From Anthoceros angustus (Eukaryota > Plantae > Anthocerotophyta): 64,000 bases of DNA. Positions within the stretch are counted from its first letter, which is position 1. The number at the start of each line of letters is the position of its first letter. The notes under the pieces are model-generated. The model did not search any database. It was not told where the DNA came from and saw nothing but the letters and a program-made list of their open reading frames with translations. The translations under genes were made by a program, and so were the position numbers. Positions 36,363 to 48,248 of this stretch are shown in pieces. The DNA lies in contig VJWM01000068.1 of the NCBI GenBank assembly GCA_010909165.1, forward strand, positions 992,001-1,056,000, given 5' to 3'.

Positions 36363-36729
36363 TTCCGCAACCCGACCCGCCGTCCCCTTCTTTGGCGTCA
36401 CAGCTACCCCCGGCAGCGCAAGACCCCTTCAGTGCAGATACCAGGAGGTGCCCATCGCCCTGCTCGAGCCCCTGCCTCCACGTGAACAGGCAATCGTGGG
36501 CGCCCAGATCCGAGCACCAACGCAGGCGTCACCTGGCCTCAATGCGTGACAAAACACGCCGAGATGGATGTCGAGAGTAAGTCAGGAGACCGCAGCACGA
36601 CGGGAGCTGACTGGAATGCTCCAGGCTGGTGAGGTGAAGAAAGGCGTGGACAGAGAAGGAGGGCGGGAGAAGAGCACAGCGCGGGAACGCAACCTCTCCA
36701 ATTTTGTCCTTACCAACTAACTGCAAACG

Positions 36730-37198
36730 TTGTATTTCACGTGCCGGCGGCAACGACTCGAGACGCTCGTGAGTCGGGAATCAGGGCTGGGCATCCTTCC
36801 CAGTGTATGTAAATATGTGACGTAACCTCACAGCATCCAAAGCTCTCTCCATGTCCATTGGGGACAGTCAGTGGCATCCGACGTGGTCCAGTGGGACAGG
36901 TACATCGGATGTATAAAAAGTGTGTGGGTTTTTGTTTGGGGCTAGGTGGTGTCTCGGCTTGGGCATAGCCCCTAATCACCACCCTCAGGACATCACGAAG
37001 CTGGCAGCCTTCGTGGCGTCGCAGCTCATCTTCACGACGACCTATGCGAAGGAGACGAGTCTTGGAGGGCTCAATCCTCGTCAGGACGCCTACTCGAGCC
37101 TCAACCCCTTCACACAAGAGATCAGGAAGACGCACCAATCTGGGCCAGCGTCAGCCGAGCTCGAACCCCGGTCTCGGGTTGCGAGTGATGCATGCTGA
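36730..37198 (+). CDS. Candidate small spliced gene, 5' end unresolved (echoes at ~34590-35064 and ~39620-40090)
   Basis: Removing introns 36769-36833 (GTGAGT..CACAG) and 36900-36945 (GTACAT..GCTAG) gives one frame ...SIQSSLHVHWGQSVASDVVQWDRWCLGLGIAPNHHPQDITKLAAFVASQLIFTTTYAKE...SDAC*. The last exon has G/C-ending codon bias. Confidence 0.35.
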
Positions 37199-37851
37199 CT
37201 GGGATACCATGTCCCGTGGGACAAACAAAACCAGTCGCCTAATTTATTTATAAGAGGAGCCCGTTTAGGAGTATTCAGAATTTGAGACGGACTTAATATT
37301 TAAATATATTCTATCTGGAATATATTCATGCTGGCTTGTTCAGACGTGTGGCTTTGGACTCCACCTAGTTTCCCCTATAACTGCCCTGAATGCTTCACTG
37401 GCCAGCGGAAAACGACTCGAGACGTCCGTGATGCGCGGTGGGAGGTTTCTCTTTCCCCGCCTAACCAAAAGTTCAGCATGGCTGACACAGAATCTGGGCC
37501 TGCTGCTCCAACCAATGCCTGGCGAGAACCAGCGGCTTCTGGCACGCGTGATCGCTTTGCGGAGCCCGTAGCATCAGTAGTGGCAATGTGCTGTGTGGCG
37601 GCAATAGCAAGTGCAACGACGATGGCATTCTACATCGAGTCTGAGGAGACGGAGTTTGATTTTGCAAGGCGGGTGGTAGAGCATGTACAGTGCATAATCT
37701 CAGACTTCGGCATCCGAAATGGAAGTTATGATCCCTGTTGCATGGTCTCGCAGAACGGGGTTCCTGAGTGGGAGGACTGGATCACACGCAACCAGTGAGA
37801 GCGGATCGGAGGCCTCCGGAACTGAGATCAACCGTTGGCCTCTGACATCTC

Positions 37852-38845
37852 ATGGCCTTCATGGCGCAGAGGAGAGAGCTACAAGAGTATGGAGACACGG
37901 CCTACTGGGATGAGAGGTACACAAACGACGCTGGCCCGTTCGACTGGTACCAGCGCTACAGCGGTTTGCAGACGCTGCTGGACAAGTATGTTGCCAAAAG
38001 CTCCAAGGTTTTGATGATAGGCTGCGGGAACGCTCTCACCTCGGAGGAGATGGTGAAGGACGGTTATGAGGACGTTGTGAACATCGACATTTCACCTGTT
38101 GTGGTAGAGAGTATGCAGCAGAAATATGCGGAACAGAGCCAGCTGCAGTACCAGGTGATGGATGCCCAGGAGATGCAGGAGTTCAAAGATGGCACATTTG
38201 ATGCAGTGATCGACAAGGGCTTGTTAGACTCGCTGCTGTGTGGGACCACGGCGCAGCAAAGTGCAACGCAGATGCTAGGGAGGTCTGTCGGGTGCTGAGG
38301 CAGGGAGGAGTCTACTTGCTGGTCACGCACGGGGAGCCGAAGCAGCGAACCACCTCCGGCAGCCGGAGGTGTTGAAATGGTCCATAGCTCTGCATGTTGT
38401 GCCCAAGCCTGGTTGCCAGTCCAAGCAGGCTGATCCTGGGAACACATGGGATTGCACAGAGACAGTCCCCTGCCGGAAGAAGAGCAGCCGGCGGAGGCTG
38501 ATGGGAAGGAGGGCAAGGGAAGGCTGCGGACGGGAAGAAGGAGAATGGCAAGAAGGGTAAGGAGGGGAGCAAGAAAGCAGAGGCGGAAGTCAAAAAGGAT
38601 GGGAAAGCTGCACCTGCAGAGGGAAGAAGGATGCGAAGGGTGAAGAAAACTCCCCGATTCCCCGCCTCCGGAACCAACCGCTGAACCAGAGCCACGAACA
38701 TACCTTCAATACTACGGAGAGATGGACGTGCACTTCGTGTACATCTGCGCCAAGGAAGGAGGTTCTTCCAAGGAAGGATAGCAAAGCAGCGGGGAAAGAT
38801 GCCAAAGGGAAGGACAAGCCAGCCCCAAGTAAGAAGGCTAAATGA
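37852..38845 (+). CDS. EEF1AKMT4/METTL13-like class I SAM-dependent methyltransferase, intronless (frameshifted copy)
   Basis: YGDTAYWDERY, FDWYQRY, VLMIGCGNA, NIDISPVVV, MDAQEM, FDAVIDKGLLDSLLCG, RVLRQGGVYLLVTHG and DVHFVYICAK. Confidence 0.9.
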
Positions 38846-40743
38846 GGTCTCATTGTTGTAAGCAGCTTGTAAGCAGCATGGAGCATAAATGCACCGCCAC
38901 TTCACAAGCACACAATGCATGCGGACAAGGGTGCATGTTTTAAGTTCCTCACGCAAGACAAGAGGATGCCTAGTGCTCCAGAATCAACAACTGCAGAAGC
39001 ACAACCCATGAGACAAAGTGAGCAAAATTGAGGTGAAACACGAAAATCCGAGAGCCAGCCGCAGCCGCAGCCACAGCCCGCCATCCCTCATCCTTGCCCA
39101 CTGAAAGGACACCCATCATCTTAGCAACATCACCCACCACTCCAAAACTGGCGGAGCTGAAATGCACGTTGCTGAGCCGCTGCAATTCTTGCGCCTTTTT
39201 GGTCACCTGAGCCCCACCTTCATGCCCAGCTTCTCTTGCAGCGCTTTTATGTCCATTTCCGCAACCCGACCGCCGTCCCTTCTTTGGCGTCACAGCTACC
39301 CCCGGCAGCGCAAGACCCCTTCAGTGCAGATACCAGGAGGTGCCCATCGCCCTGCTCGAGCCCCTGCCTCCACGTGAACAGGCAATCGTGGGCGCCCAGA
39401 TCCGAGCACCAACGCAGGCGTCACCTGGCCTCAATGCGTGACAAAACACGCCGAGATGGATGTCGAGAGTAAGTCAGGAGACCGCAGCACGACGGGAGCT
39501 GACTGGAATGCTCCAGGCTGGTGAGGTGAAGAAAGGCGTGGACAGAGAAGGAGGGCGGGAGAAGAGCACAGCGCGGGAACGCAACCTCTCCAATTTTGTC
39601 CTTACCAACTAACTGCAAACGTTGTATTTCACGTGCCGGCGGCAACGACTCGAGACGCTCGTGAGTCGGGAATCAGGGCTGGGCATCCTTCCCAGTGTAT
39701 GTAAATATGTGACGTAACCTCACAGCATCCAAAGCTCTCTCCATGTCCATTGGGGACAGTCAGTGGCATCCGACGTGGTCCAGTGGGACAGGTACATCGG
39801 ATGTATAAAAAGTGTGTGGGTTTTTGTTTGGGGCTAGGTGGTGTCTCGGCTTGGGCATAGCCCCTAATCACCACCCTCAGGACATCACGAAGCTGGCAGC
39901 CTTCGTGGCGTCGCAGCTCATCTTCACGACGACCTATGCGAAGGAGACGAGTCTTGGAGGGCTCAATCCTCGTCAGGACGCCTACTCGAGCCTCAACCCC
40001 TTCACACAAGAGATCAGGAAGACGCACCAATCTGGGCCAGCGTCAACTGAGCTCGAACCCCGGTCTCGGGTTGCGAGTGATGCATGCTGACTGGGATACC
40101 ATGTCCCGTGGGACAAACAAAACCAGTCGCCTAATTTATTTATAAGAGGAGCCCGTTTAGGAGTATTCAGAATTTGAGACGGACTTAATATTTAAATATA
40201 TTCTATCTGGAATATATTCATGCTGGCTTGTTCAGACGTGTGGCTTTGGACTCCACCTAGTTTCCCCTATAACTGCCCTGAATGCTTCACTGGCCAGCGG
40301 AAAACGACTCGAGACGTCCGTGATGCGCGGTGGGAGGTTTCTCTTTCCCCGCCTAACCAAAAGTTCAGCATGGCTGACACAGAATCTGGGCCTGCTGCTC
40401 CAACCAATGCCTGGCGAGAACCAGCGGCTTCTGGCACGCGTGATCGCTTTGCGGAGCCCGTAGCATCAGTAGTGGCAATGTGCTGTGTGGCGGCAATAGC
40501 AAGTGCAACGACGATGGCATTCTACATCGAGTCTGAGGAGACGGAGTTTGATTTTGCAAGGCGGGTGGTAGAGCATGTACAGTGCATAATCTCAGACTTC
40601 GGCATCCGAAATGGAAGTTATGATCCCTGTTGCATGGTCTCGCAGAACGGGGTTCCTGAGTGGGAGGACTGGATCACACGCAACCAGTGAGAGCGGATCG
40701 GAGGCCTCCGGAACTGAGATCAACCGTTGGCCTCTGACATCTC

Positions 40744-41739
40744 ATGGCCTTCATGGCGCAGAGGAGAGAGCTACAAGAGTATGGAGACACGGCCTACTGG
40801 GATGAGAGGTACACAAACGACGCTGGCCCGTTCGACTGGTACCAGCGCTACAGCGGTTTGCAGACGCTGCTGGACAAGTATGTTGCCAAAAGCTCCAAGG
40901 TTTTGATGATAGGCTGCGGGAACGCTCTCACCTCGGAGGAGATGGTGAAGGACGGTTATGAGGACGTTGTGAACATCGACATTTCACCTGTTGTGGTAGA
41001 GAGTATGCAGCAGAAATATGCGGAACAGAGCCAGCTGCAGTACCAGGTGATGGATGCCCAGGAGATGCAGGAGTTCAAAGATGGCACATTTGATGCAGTG
41101 ATCGACAAGGGCTTGTTAGACTCGCTGCTGTGTGGGACCACGGCGCAGCAAAGTGCAACGCAGATGCTAGGGAGGTCTGTCGGGTGCTGAGGCAGGGAGG
41201 AGTCTACTTGCTGGTCACGCACGGGGAGCCGAAGCAGCGTTTGAACCACCTCCGGCAGCCGGAGGTGTTGAAATGGTCCATAGCTCTGCATGTTGTGCCC
41301 AAGCCTGGTTGCCAGTCCAAGCAGGCTGATCCTGGGAACACATGGGATTGCACAGAGACAGTCCCCTGCCGGAAGAAGAGCAGCCGGCGGAGGCTGATGG
41401 GAAGGAGGGCAAGGGAAGGCTGCGGACGGGAAGAAGGAGAATGGCAAGAAGGGTAAGGAGGGAGCAAGAAAGCAGAGGCGGAAGTCAAAAGGATGGGAAA
41501 GCTGCACCTGCAGAGGGAAGAAGGATGCGAAGGGTGAAGAAAACTCCCCGATTCCCCGCCTCCGGAACCAACCGCTGAACCAGAGCCACGAACATACCTT
41601 CAATACTACGGAGAGATGGACGTGCACTTCGTGTACATCTGCGCCAAGGAAGGAGGTTCTTCCAAGGAAGGATAGCAAAGCAGCGGGGAAAGATGCCAAA
41701 GGGAAGGACAAGCCAGCCCCAAGTAAGAAGGCTAAATGA
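40744..41739 (+). CDS. Methyltransferase, second copy (shares most frameshifts with the first)
   Basis: Near-identical to 37852-38845. Confidence 0.85.
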
Positions 41740-42029
41740 GGTCTCATTGTTGTAAGCAGCTTGTAAGCAGCATGGAGCATAAATGCACCGCCACTTCACA
41801 AGCACACAATGCATGCGGACAAGGGTGCATGTTTTAAGTTCCTCACGCAAGACAAGAGGATGCCTAGTGCTCCAGAATCAACAACTGCAGAGGCCAGCAC
41901 AGATCTTCCCATAATACATCTTGCTTCAGTAATTACACAAAATTGTTCTGAAAAGCACTTCGTGAGGAAATACAATGATGCACGAAAATACAGTCCTTCC
42001 CAATGCCGGGGCAGGCAGGATACCACGGC

Positions 42030-43353
42030 TTACAAAGCTTCCCTCAGCTGGAAAGTTTTGGCGAGACGCCGGGCCCTGTCATATTCATTCAGGACCACCA
42101 GAATCCGCTTCACGCCGAGCTAGTCCAAGCACATCTTCTGAGCTTGCTCCGCTGTCCTTTTTCTTCTCCACTGATCTCGCAAGAGTCATCACATACTCTT
42201 TGAAAGCATCGAGCTTTGGACTGTCCAAAAAAAACAGGCAACAGATCTCAGAATCTAGTACGCATATTCCTGCGACAAAACAGCACTGTCCAACCACGCC
42301 AGAAACAAAACATCTAGCAGAAAGCTTTTAACACGGCCAAATGAAACGGCTGATTTCTTTCGACATGAGACTGTGTGCTAACCTCCGCTCGCCCACAGAG
42401 TTAGCCCCAGCCACACACCCATCAAAGCAGCAACCACTCGTTCTGTTCTGGTGATCGCATCGTAAAGGGTTGGAAGTACACTTCAAATGGGGCAACATCT
42501 TTGCCGATAACAGTTCTTCAAGTGCAAGCTGTTCCAACAATGGCATTGCCAGAACACCTTTCCACAAGGCTATGCTGCGAGTCGAACACCAGTGCCGAAT
42601 CTATGTGCAGCCAGGCGTCCTGCCTGCGCAACTGCGGTAGTTACATTCAGAGGCCAGAATGGTACCTGGAGAATCATTGTTCACTTAGTTAAACAACATC
42701 AAGGAAAACAAGGCAACATCAAAGCTAATGGACTGAACAGGAGTCCTACAGACTCACCTCAAGAGCTGCGACAGAACCTGCTAGCCGTGTCCTTACAGCT
42801 GCCAACAGGTCCTGCAAGGCCTCGCTTGATGCCTCCACATATATCAGAATCTCCTTCACAGCTGCGACAGCACGCCTGTTCCTTCCTTGCTCAGACTATC
42901 CCAGCAATTCAAATGGTATGCAAGACTGGTAATGCAACTTTTCTACCAGATTTGGGATCAAGTTGCTGTCAGCATCAGCATCATCCATCTCGTTGCCGTT
43001 GGATGGCATTCCATAATCAAATAAGAGTCTGTACCTACATTTGGCCAAGATCAGCTTGATCAGCTAGGCAGACTAAGAAACTTAGACAAACATGGACCAT
43101 CCTCCTGCAGAAGGCTGAAGAGACATGTTTCAAATACATGCACCAGGCTAACGAGAAAGCAATGCAGGGCAAATAAATCATTACCATAGCATGCTGTCAA
43201 ATCTGGCATCTCCATAAAGAGGGTCCCATTTAAGCAGTTCCAACCGGACAAATGGGAGAAAATGGCAGGGCACTGAGCTGAATGTAAGAATCCCGATATG
43301 CAGTTGGATACTGGCGCTTCCAACCTTCCAGTTTCTGCTTCACTCTGACCAGC
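42030..43353 (-). pseudogene. ILP1: 3' fragment of ILP1/GCFC2 (duplicate, indel-rich)
   Basis: Matches 45093-46439. Confidence 0.8.
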
Positions 43354-43798
43354 GGAAAACGACTCGAGACGTCCGTGATGCGCGGTGGGAGGCTCTTTCC
43401 CCGCCTAACCAAAAGTTCAGCATGGCTGACACAGAATCTGGGCCTGCTGCTCCAACCAATGCCTGGCGAGAACCAGCGGCTTCTGGCACGCGTGATCGCT
43501 TTGCGGAGCCCGTAGCATCAGTAGTGGCAATGTGCTGTGTGGCGGCAATAGCAAGTGCAACGACGATGGCATTCTACATCGAGTCTGAGGAGACGGAGTT
43601 TGATTTTTGCAAGGCGGGTGGTAGAGCATGTACAGTGCATAATCTCAGACTTCGGCATCCGAAATGGAAGTTATGATCCCCTGTTGCATGGTCTCGCAGA
43701 ACGGGGGTTCCTGAGTGGGAGGACTGGATCACACGCAACCAGTGAGAGCGGATCGGAGGCCTCCGGAACTGAGATCAACCGTTGGCCTCTGACATCTC

Positions 43799-44799
43799 AT
43801 GGCCTTCATGGCGCAGAGGAGAGAGCTACAAGAGTATGGAGACACGGCCTACTGGGATGAGAGGTACACAAACGACGCTGGCCCGTTCGACTGGTACCAG
43901 CGCTACAGCGGTTTGCAGACGCTGCTGGACAAGTATGTTGCCAAAAGCTCCAAGGTTTTGATGATAGGCTGCGGGAACGCTCTCACCTCGGAGGAGATGG
44001 TGAAGGACGGTTATGAGGACGTTGTGAACATCGACATTTCACCTGTTGTGGTAGAGAGTATGCAGCAGAAATATGCGGAACAGAGCCAGCTGCAGTACCA
44101 GGTGATGGATGCCCGGGAGATGCAGGAGTTCAAAGATGGCACATTTGATGCAGTGATCGACAAGGGCTTGTTAGACTCGCTGCTGTGTGGGACCACGGCG
44201 CAGCAAAGTGCAACGCAGATGCTAGGGGAGGTCTGTCGGGTGCTGAGGCAGGGAGGAGTCTACTTGCTGGTCACGCACGGGGAGCCGAAGCAGCGTTTGA
44301 ACCACCTCCGGCAGCCGGAGGTGTTGAAATGGTCCATAGCTCTGCATGTTGTGCCCAAGCCTGGTTGCCAGTCCAAGCAGGCTGATCCTGGGAACACATG
44401 GGATTGCACAGAGACAGTCCCCCTGCCGGAAGAAGAGCAGCCGGCGGAGGCTGATGGGAAGGAGGGCAAGGGGAAGGCTGCGGACGGGAAGAAGGAGAAT
44501 GGCAAGAAGGGTAAGGAGGGAGCAAGAAAGCAGAGGCGGAAGTCAAAAGGATGGGAAAGCTGCACCTGCAGAGGGAAGAAGGATGCGAAGGGTGAAGAAA
44601 AACTCCCGATTCCCCGCCTCCGGAACCAACCGCTGAACCAGAGCCACGAACATACCTTCAATACTACGGAGAGATGGACGTGCACTTCGTGTACATCTGC
44701 GCCAAGGAAGGAGGTTCTTCCAAGGGGAAGGATAGCAAAGCAGCGGGGAAAGATGCCAAAGGGAAGGACAAGCCAGCCCCAAGTAAGAAGGCTAAATGA
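43799..44799 (+). CDS. Methyltransferase, third and cleanest copy
   Basis: ORF 43799-44815 is in frame through the whole catalytic domain. The correct C-terminus is read from ORF 47481-47960. Confidence 0.9.
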
Positions 44800-45092
44800 G
44801 GTCTCATTGTTGTAAGCAGCTTGTAAGCAGCATGGAGCATAAATGCACCGCCACTTCACAAGCACACAATGCATGCGGACAAGGGGTGCATGTTTTTAAG
44901 TTCCTCACGCAAGACAAGAGGATGCCTAGTGCTCCAGAATCAACAACTGCAGAGGCCAGCACAGATCTTCCCATAATACATCTTGCTTCAGTAATTACAC
45001 AAAATTGTTCTGAAAAGCACTTCGTGAGGAAATACAATGATGCACGAAAATACAGTCCCTTCCCAATGCCGGGGCAGGCAGGATACCACGGC

Positions 45093-47502
45093 TTACAAAG
45101 CTTCCCTCAGCTGGAAAGTTTTGGCGAGACGCCGGGCCCTGTCATATTCATTCAGGACCACCAGAATCCGCTTCACACGCCGAGCTAGTCCAAGCACATC
45201 TTCTGAGCTTGCTCCGCTGTCCTTTTTCTTCTCCACTGATCTCGCAAGAGTCATCACATACTCTTTGAAAGCATCGAGCTTTGGACTGTCCAAAAAAAAA
45301 ACAGGCAACAGATCTCAGAATCTAGTACGCATATTCCTGCGACAAAACAGCACTGTCCAACCACGCCAGAAACAAAACATCTAGCAGAAAGCTTTTAACA
45401 CGGCCAAATGAAAACGAAGCTGATTTCTTTCGACATGAGACTGTGTGCTAACCTCCGCTCGCCCACAGAGTTAGGCCCCAGCCACACACCCATCAAAGCA
45501 GCAACCACTCGTTCTGTTCTGGTGATCGCATCGTAAAGGGTTGGAAGTACACTTCGCAAATGGGGCAACATCTTTGCCGATAACAGTTCTTCAAGTGCAA
45601 GCTGTTCCAACAATGGCATTGCCAGAACACCTTTCCACAAGGCTATGCTGCGAAGGAGTCGAACACCAGTGCCGAATCTATGTGCAGCCAGGCGTCCTGC
45701 CTGCGCAACTGCGGTAGTTACATTCAGAGGCCAGAATGGTACCTGGAGAATCATTGTTCACTTAGTTAAACAACATCAAGGAAAACAAGGCAACATCAAA
45801 GCTAATGGACTGAACAGGGAGTCCTACAGACTCACCTCAAGAGCTGCGACAGAACCTGCTAGCCGTGTCCTTACAGCTGCCAACAGGTCCTGCAAGGCCT
45901 CGCTTGATGCCTCCACATATATCAGAATCTCCTTCACAGCTGCGACAGCACGCTCTGTTCCTTCCTTGCTCAGACTATCCCAGCAATTCGAAATGGTATG
46001 CCGCAAGACTGGTAATGCAACTTTTTCTACCAGATTTGGGATCAAGTTGCTGTCAGCATCAGCATCATCCATCTCGTTGCCGTTGGATGGCATTCCATAA
46101 TCAAATAAGAGTCTGTACCTACATTTGGCCAAGATCAGCTTGATCAGCTAGGCAGACTAAGAAACTTAGACAAACATGGACCATCCTCCTGCAGAAGGCT
46201 GAAGAGACATGTTTCAAATACATGCACCAGGCTAACGAGAAAGCAATGCAGGGCAAATAAATCATTACCATAGCATGCTGTCAAATCTGGCATCTCCATA
46301 AAGAGGGTCCCATTTAAGCAGTTCCAACCGGACAAATGGGGAGAAAATGGCAGGGGCACTGAGCTGAATGTAAGAATCCCGATATGCAGTTGGATACTGG
46401 CGCTTCCAACCTTCCAGTTTCTGCTTCACTCTGACCAGCTGTGAGAAATCCTCAGCTGCATCTCCAAAAACCCTCTCAGCTGTTTGCAGTACCTCCTGAC
46501 AACCAGATATATAAGCTTTCTGTTCGCTATCACTTTCGTCGCTGCTTGATTCACCTTCAACACTGAAGTTACTGGATGCTTCCCCATTTGCCATGGTCAC
46601 CCGGGCTGACCTGTTTGAAGCAATCCGACTTTTCCTGCGCTCCCTTGCTTGCGCACGTTTTTTGGCCTCCATTCGTTTCTGGAGATTTACATCACGCCCA
46701 AACTCATCCAGCTGTGGCATTGAAAACTGAGCATCCAAAGCAGATGCTGCAGCGGCAGCAGCGGCGGCGGCAGCGACTGCAGTGCCTGCACCCCTACTGA
46801 TGGCAGCTTTTGCTGCTGCTACTGCTGCCTCAACCTCCATCATCTCCTCTGCATTATCAGCAGATCGTCTTTCAGTCATTGCATTGGCACGATCCTCATG
46901 TAACTTTTGCATGTGTTCTTCCAGCTCCTCAATCAAAGGACCCTTATCCTGCCAGATACAAACAAAATTGAGGGTTGGAACCTTTGACATACCCTTGCAA
47001 GTGGACGTGGCAGAAAAAACGAGTTTACTAGTAGCAAATGCAAGGAATTAGTGGAAAGTTACCTGGAGAAAGTCACACAATGCTGAGACATAATCACGTA
47101 GCTCTTGCATGTAGAGATACTTGTCTCCTGCCGCTGTCAGTGCCTTGTCCAAAGTGCTTACAGCAAGTATAGAACTGTTAAGGTTCTCCTCCGTTCTGGA
47201 AAGGTCTGCCTTAGTCCTCCCATGACTCTCCTGCCACAGAAGGAGTGACCACCCATCAGATATTTCAGCAGAGGTAGCTCCACCACTGACGCCTAATGAT
47301 GAAAATCCATCCACCGTCTTCACACCAACTCCTACTCCTGAAGAGAGCTCTAGCATGGCGTAGACTCTGGTGTCTCTGCAGCTAATGATATCAAAGCTAA
47401 AAAAGGAAAAATCACCATACCCGCATTCTCTGCAGACCTCTCTTAGAGCCTGTAATGTAGATTCCGCTTGCTGAGCAGCAGTGAGGGCTTCTATACCTCT
47501 GC
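45093..47502 (-). pseudogene. ILP1: 5'-truncated ILP1/GCFC2 duplicate (cleanest copy of the GCFC domain)
   Basis: DKYLYMQELRDYVSALCDFLQ, MPQLDEFGRDVNLQKR, KQKLEGWKRQYPTAYRDSYI, VRLELLKWDPL and LIPNLVEKVALP. Confidence 0.88.
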
Positions 47503-47960
47503 ATGTTGTGCCCAAGCCTGGTTGCCAGTCCAAGCAGGCTGATCCTGGGAACACATGGGATTGCACAGAGACAGTCCCCCTGCCGGAAGAAGAGCAGCCG
47601 GCGGAGGCTGATGGGAAGGAGGGCAAGGGGAAGGCTGCGGACGGGAAGAAGGAGAATGGCAAGAAGGGTAAGGAGGGGAGCAAGAAAGCAGAGGCGGAAG
47701 TCAAAAAGGATGGGAAAGCTGCACCTGCAGAGGGGAAGAAGGATGCGAAGGGTGAAGAAAAACTCCCCGATTCCCCGCCTCCGGAACCAACCGCTGAACC
47801 AGAGCCACGAACATACCTTCAATACTACGGAGAGATGGACGTGCACTTCGTGTACATCTGCGCCAAGGAAGGAGGTTCTTCCAAGGGGAAGGATAGCAAA
47901 GCAGCGGGGAAAGATGCCAAAGGGAAGGACAAGCCAGCCCCAAGTAAGAAGGCTAAATGA
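47497..47960 (+). pseudogene. 3' fragment of the methyltransferase (Lys-rich half)
   Basis: Restarts at the sequence of 44340. Confidence 0.85.
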
Positions 47961-48248
47961 GGTCTCATTGTTGTAAGCAGCTTAAGCAGCATGGAGCATA
48001 AATGCACCGCCACTTCACAAGCACACAATGCATGCGGACAAGGGGTGCATGTTTTAAGTTCCTCACGCAAGACAAGAGGATGCCTAGTGCTCCAGAATCA
48101 ACAACTGCAGAGGCAGCACAGATCTTCCCATAATACATCTTGCTTCAGTAATTACACAAAATTGTTCTGAAAAGCACTTCGTGAGGAAATACAATGATGC
48201 ACGAAAATACAGTCCTTCCCAATGCCGGGGCAGGCAGGATACCACGGC

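Larger units (their letters stand above)
33549..37824 (+). repeat. Direct tandem duplication, junction 35692, period ~2139, microhomology AACTG
   Basis: ccggAACTG|cactgctaac. Confidence 0.95.
36101..41891 (+). repeat. Direct tandem duplication, junction 38997, period ~2895, microhomology GA (9/11 imperfect)
   Basis: acaactgcaGA|agcacaacc; partner end reads acaacagcgga. Confidence 0.95.
40294..46439 (+). repeat. Direct tandem duplication, junction 43353, period ~3055, microhomology CCAGC (plus upstream tgcttcact)
   Basis: tgcttcactctgaCCAGC|ggaaaacg; partner end reads tgcttcactggccagc. Confidence 0.95.

Noticed and set aside
37852-41739. Programmed frameshifting or true pseudogenisation at recurrent indels (also in SecA and the EF-hand gene)
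   Set aside because: The indels sit in G/C homopolymers and another tile usually has the in-frame version, consistent with sequencing error.
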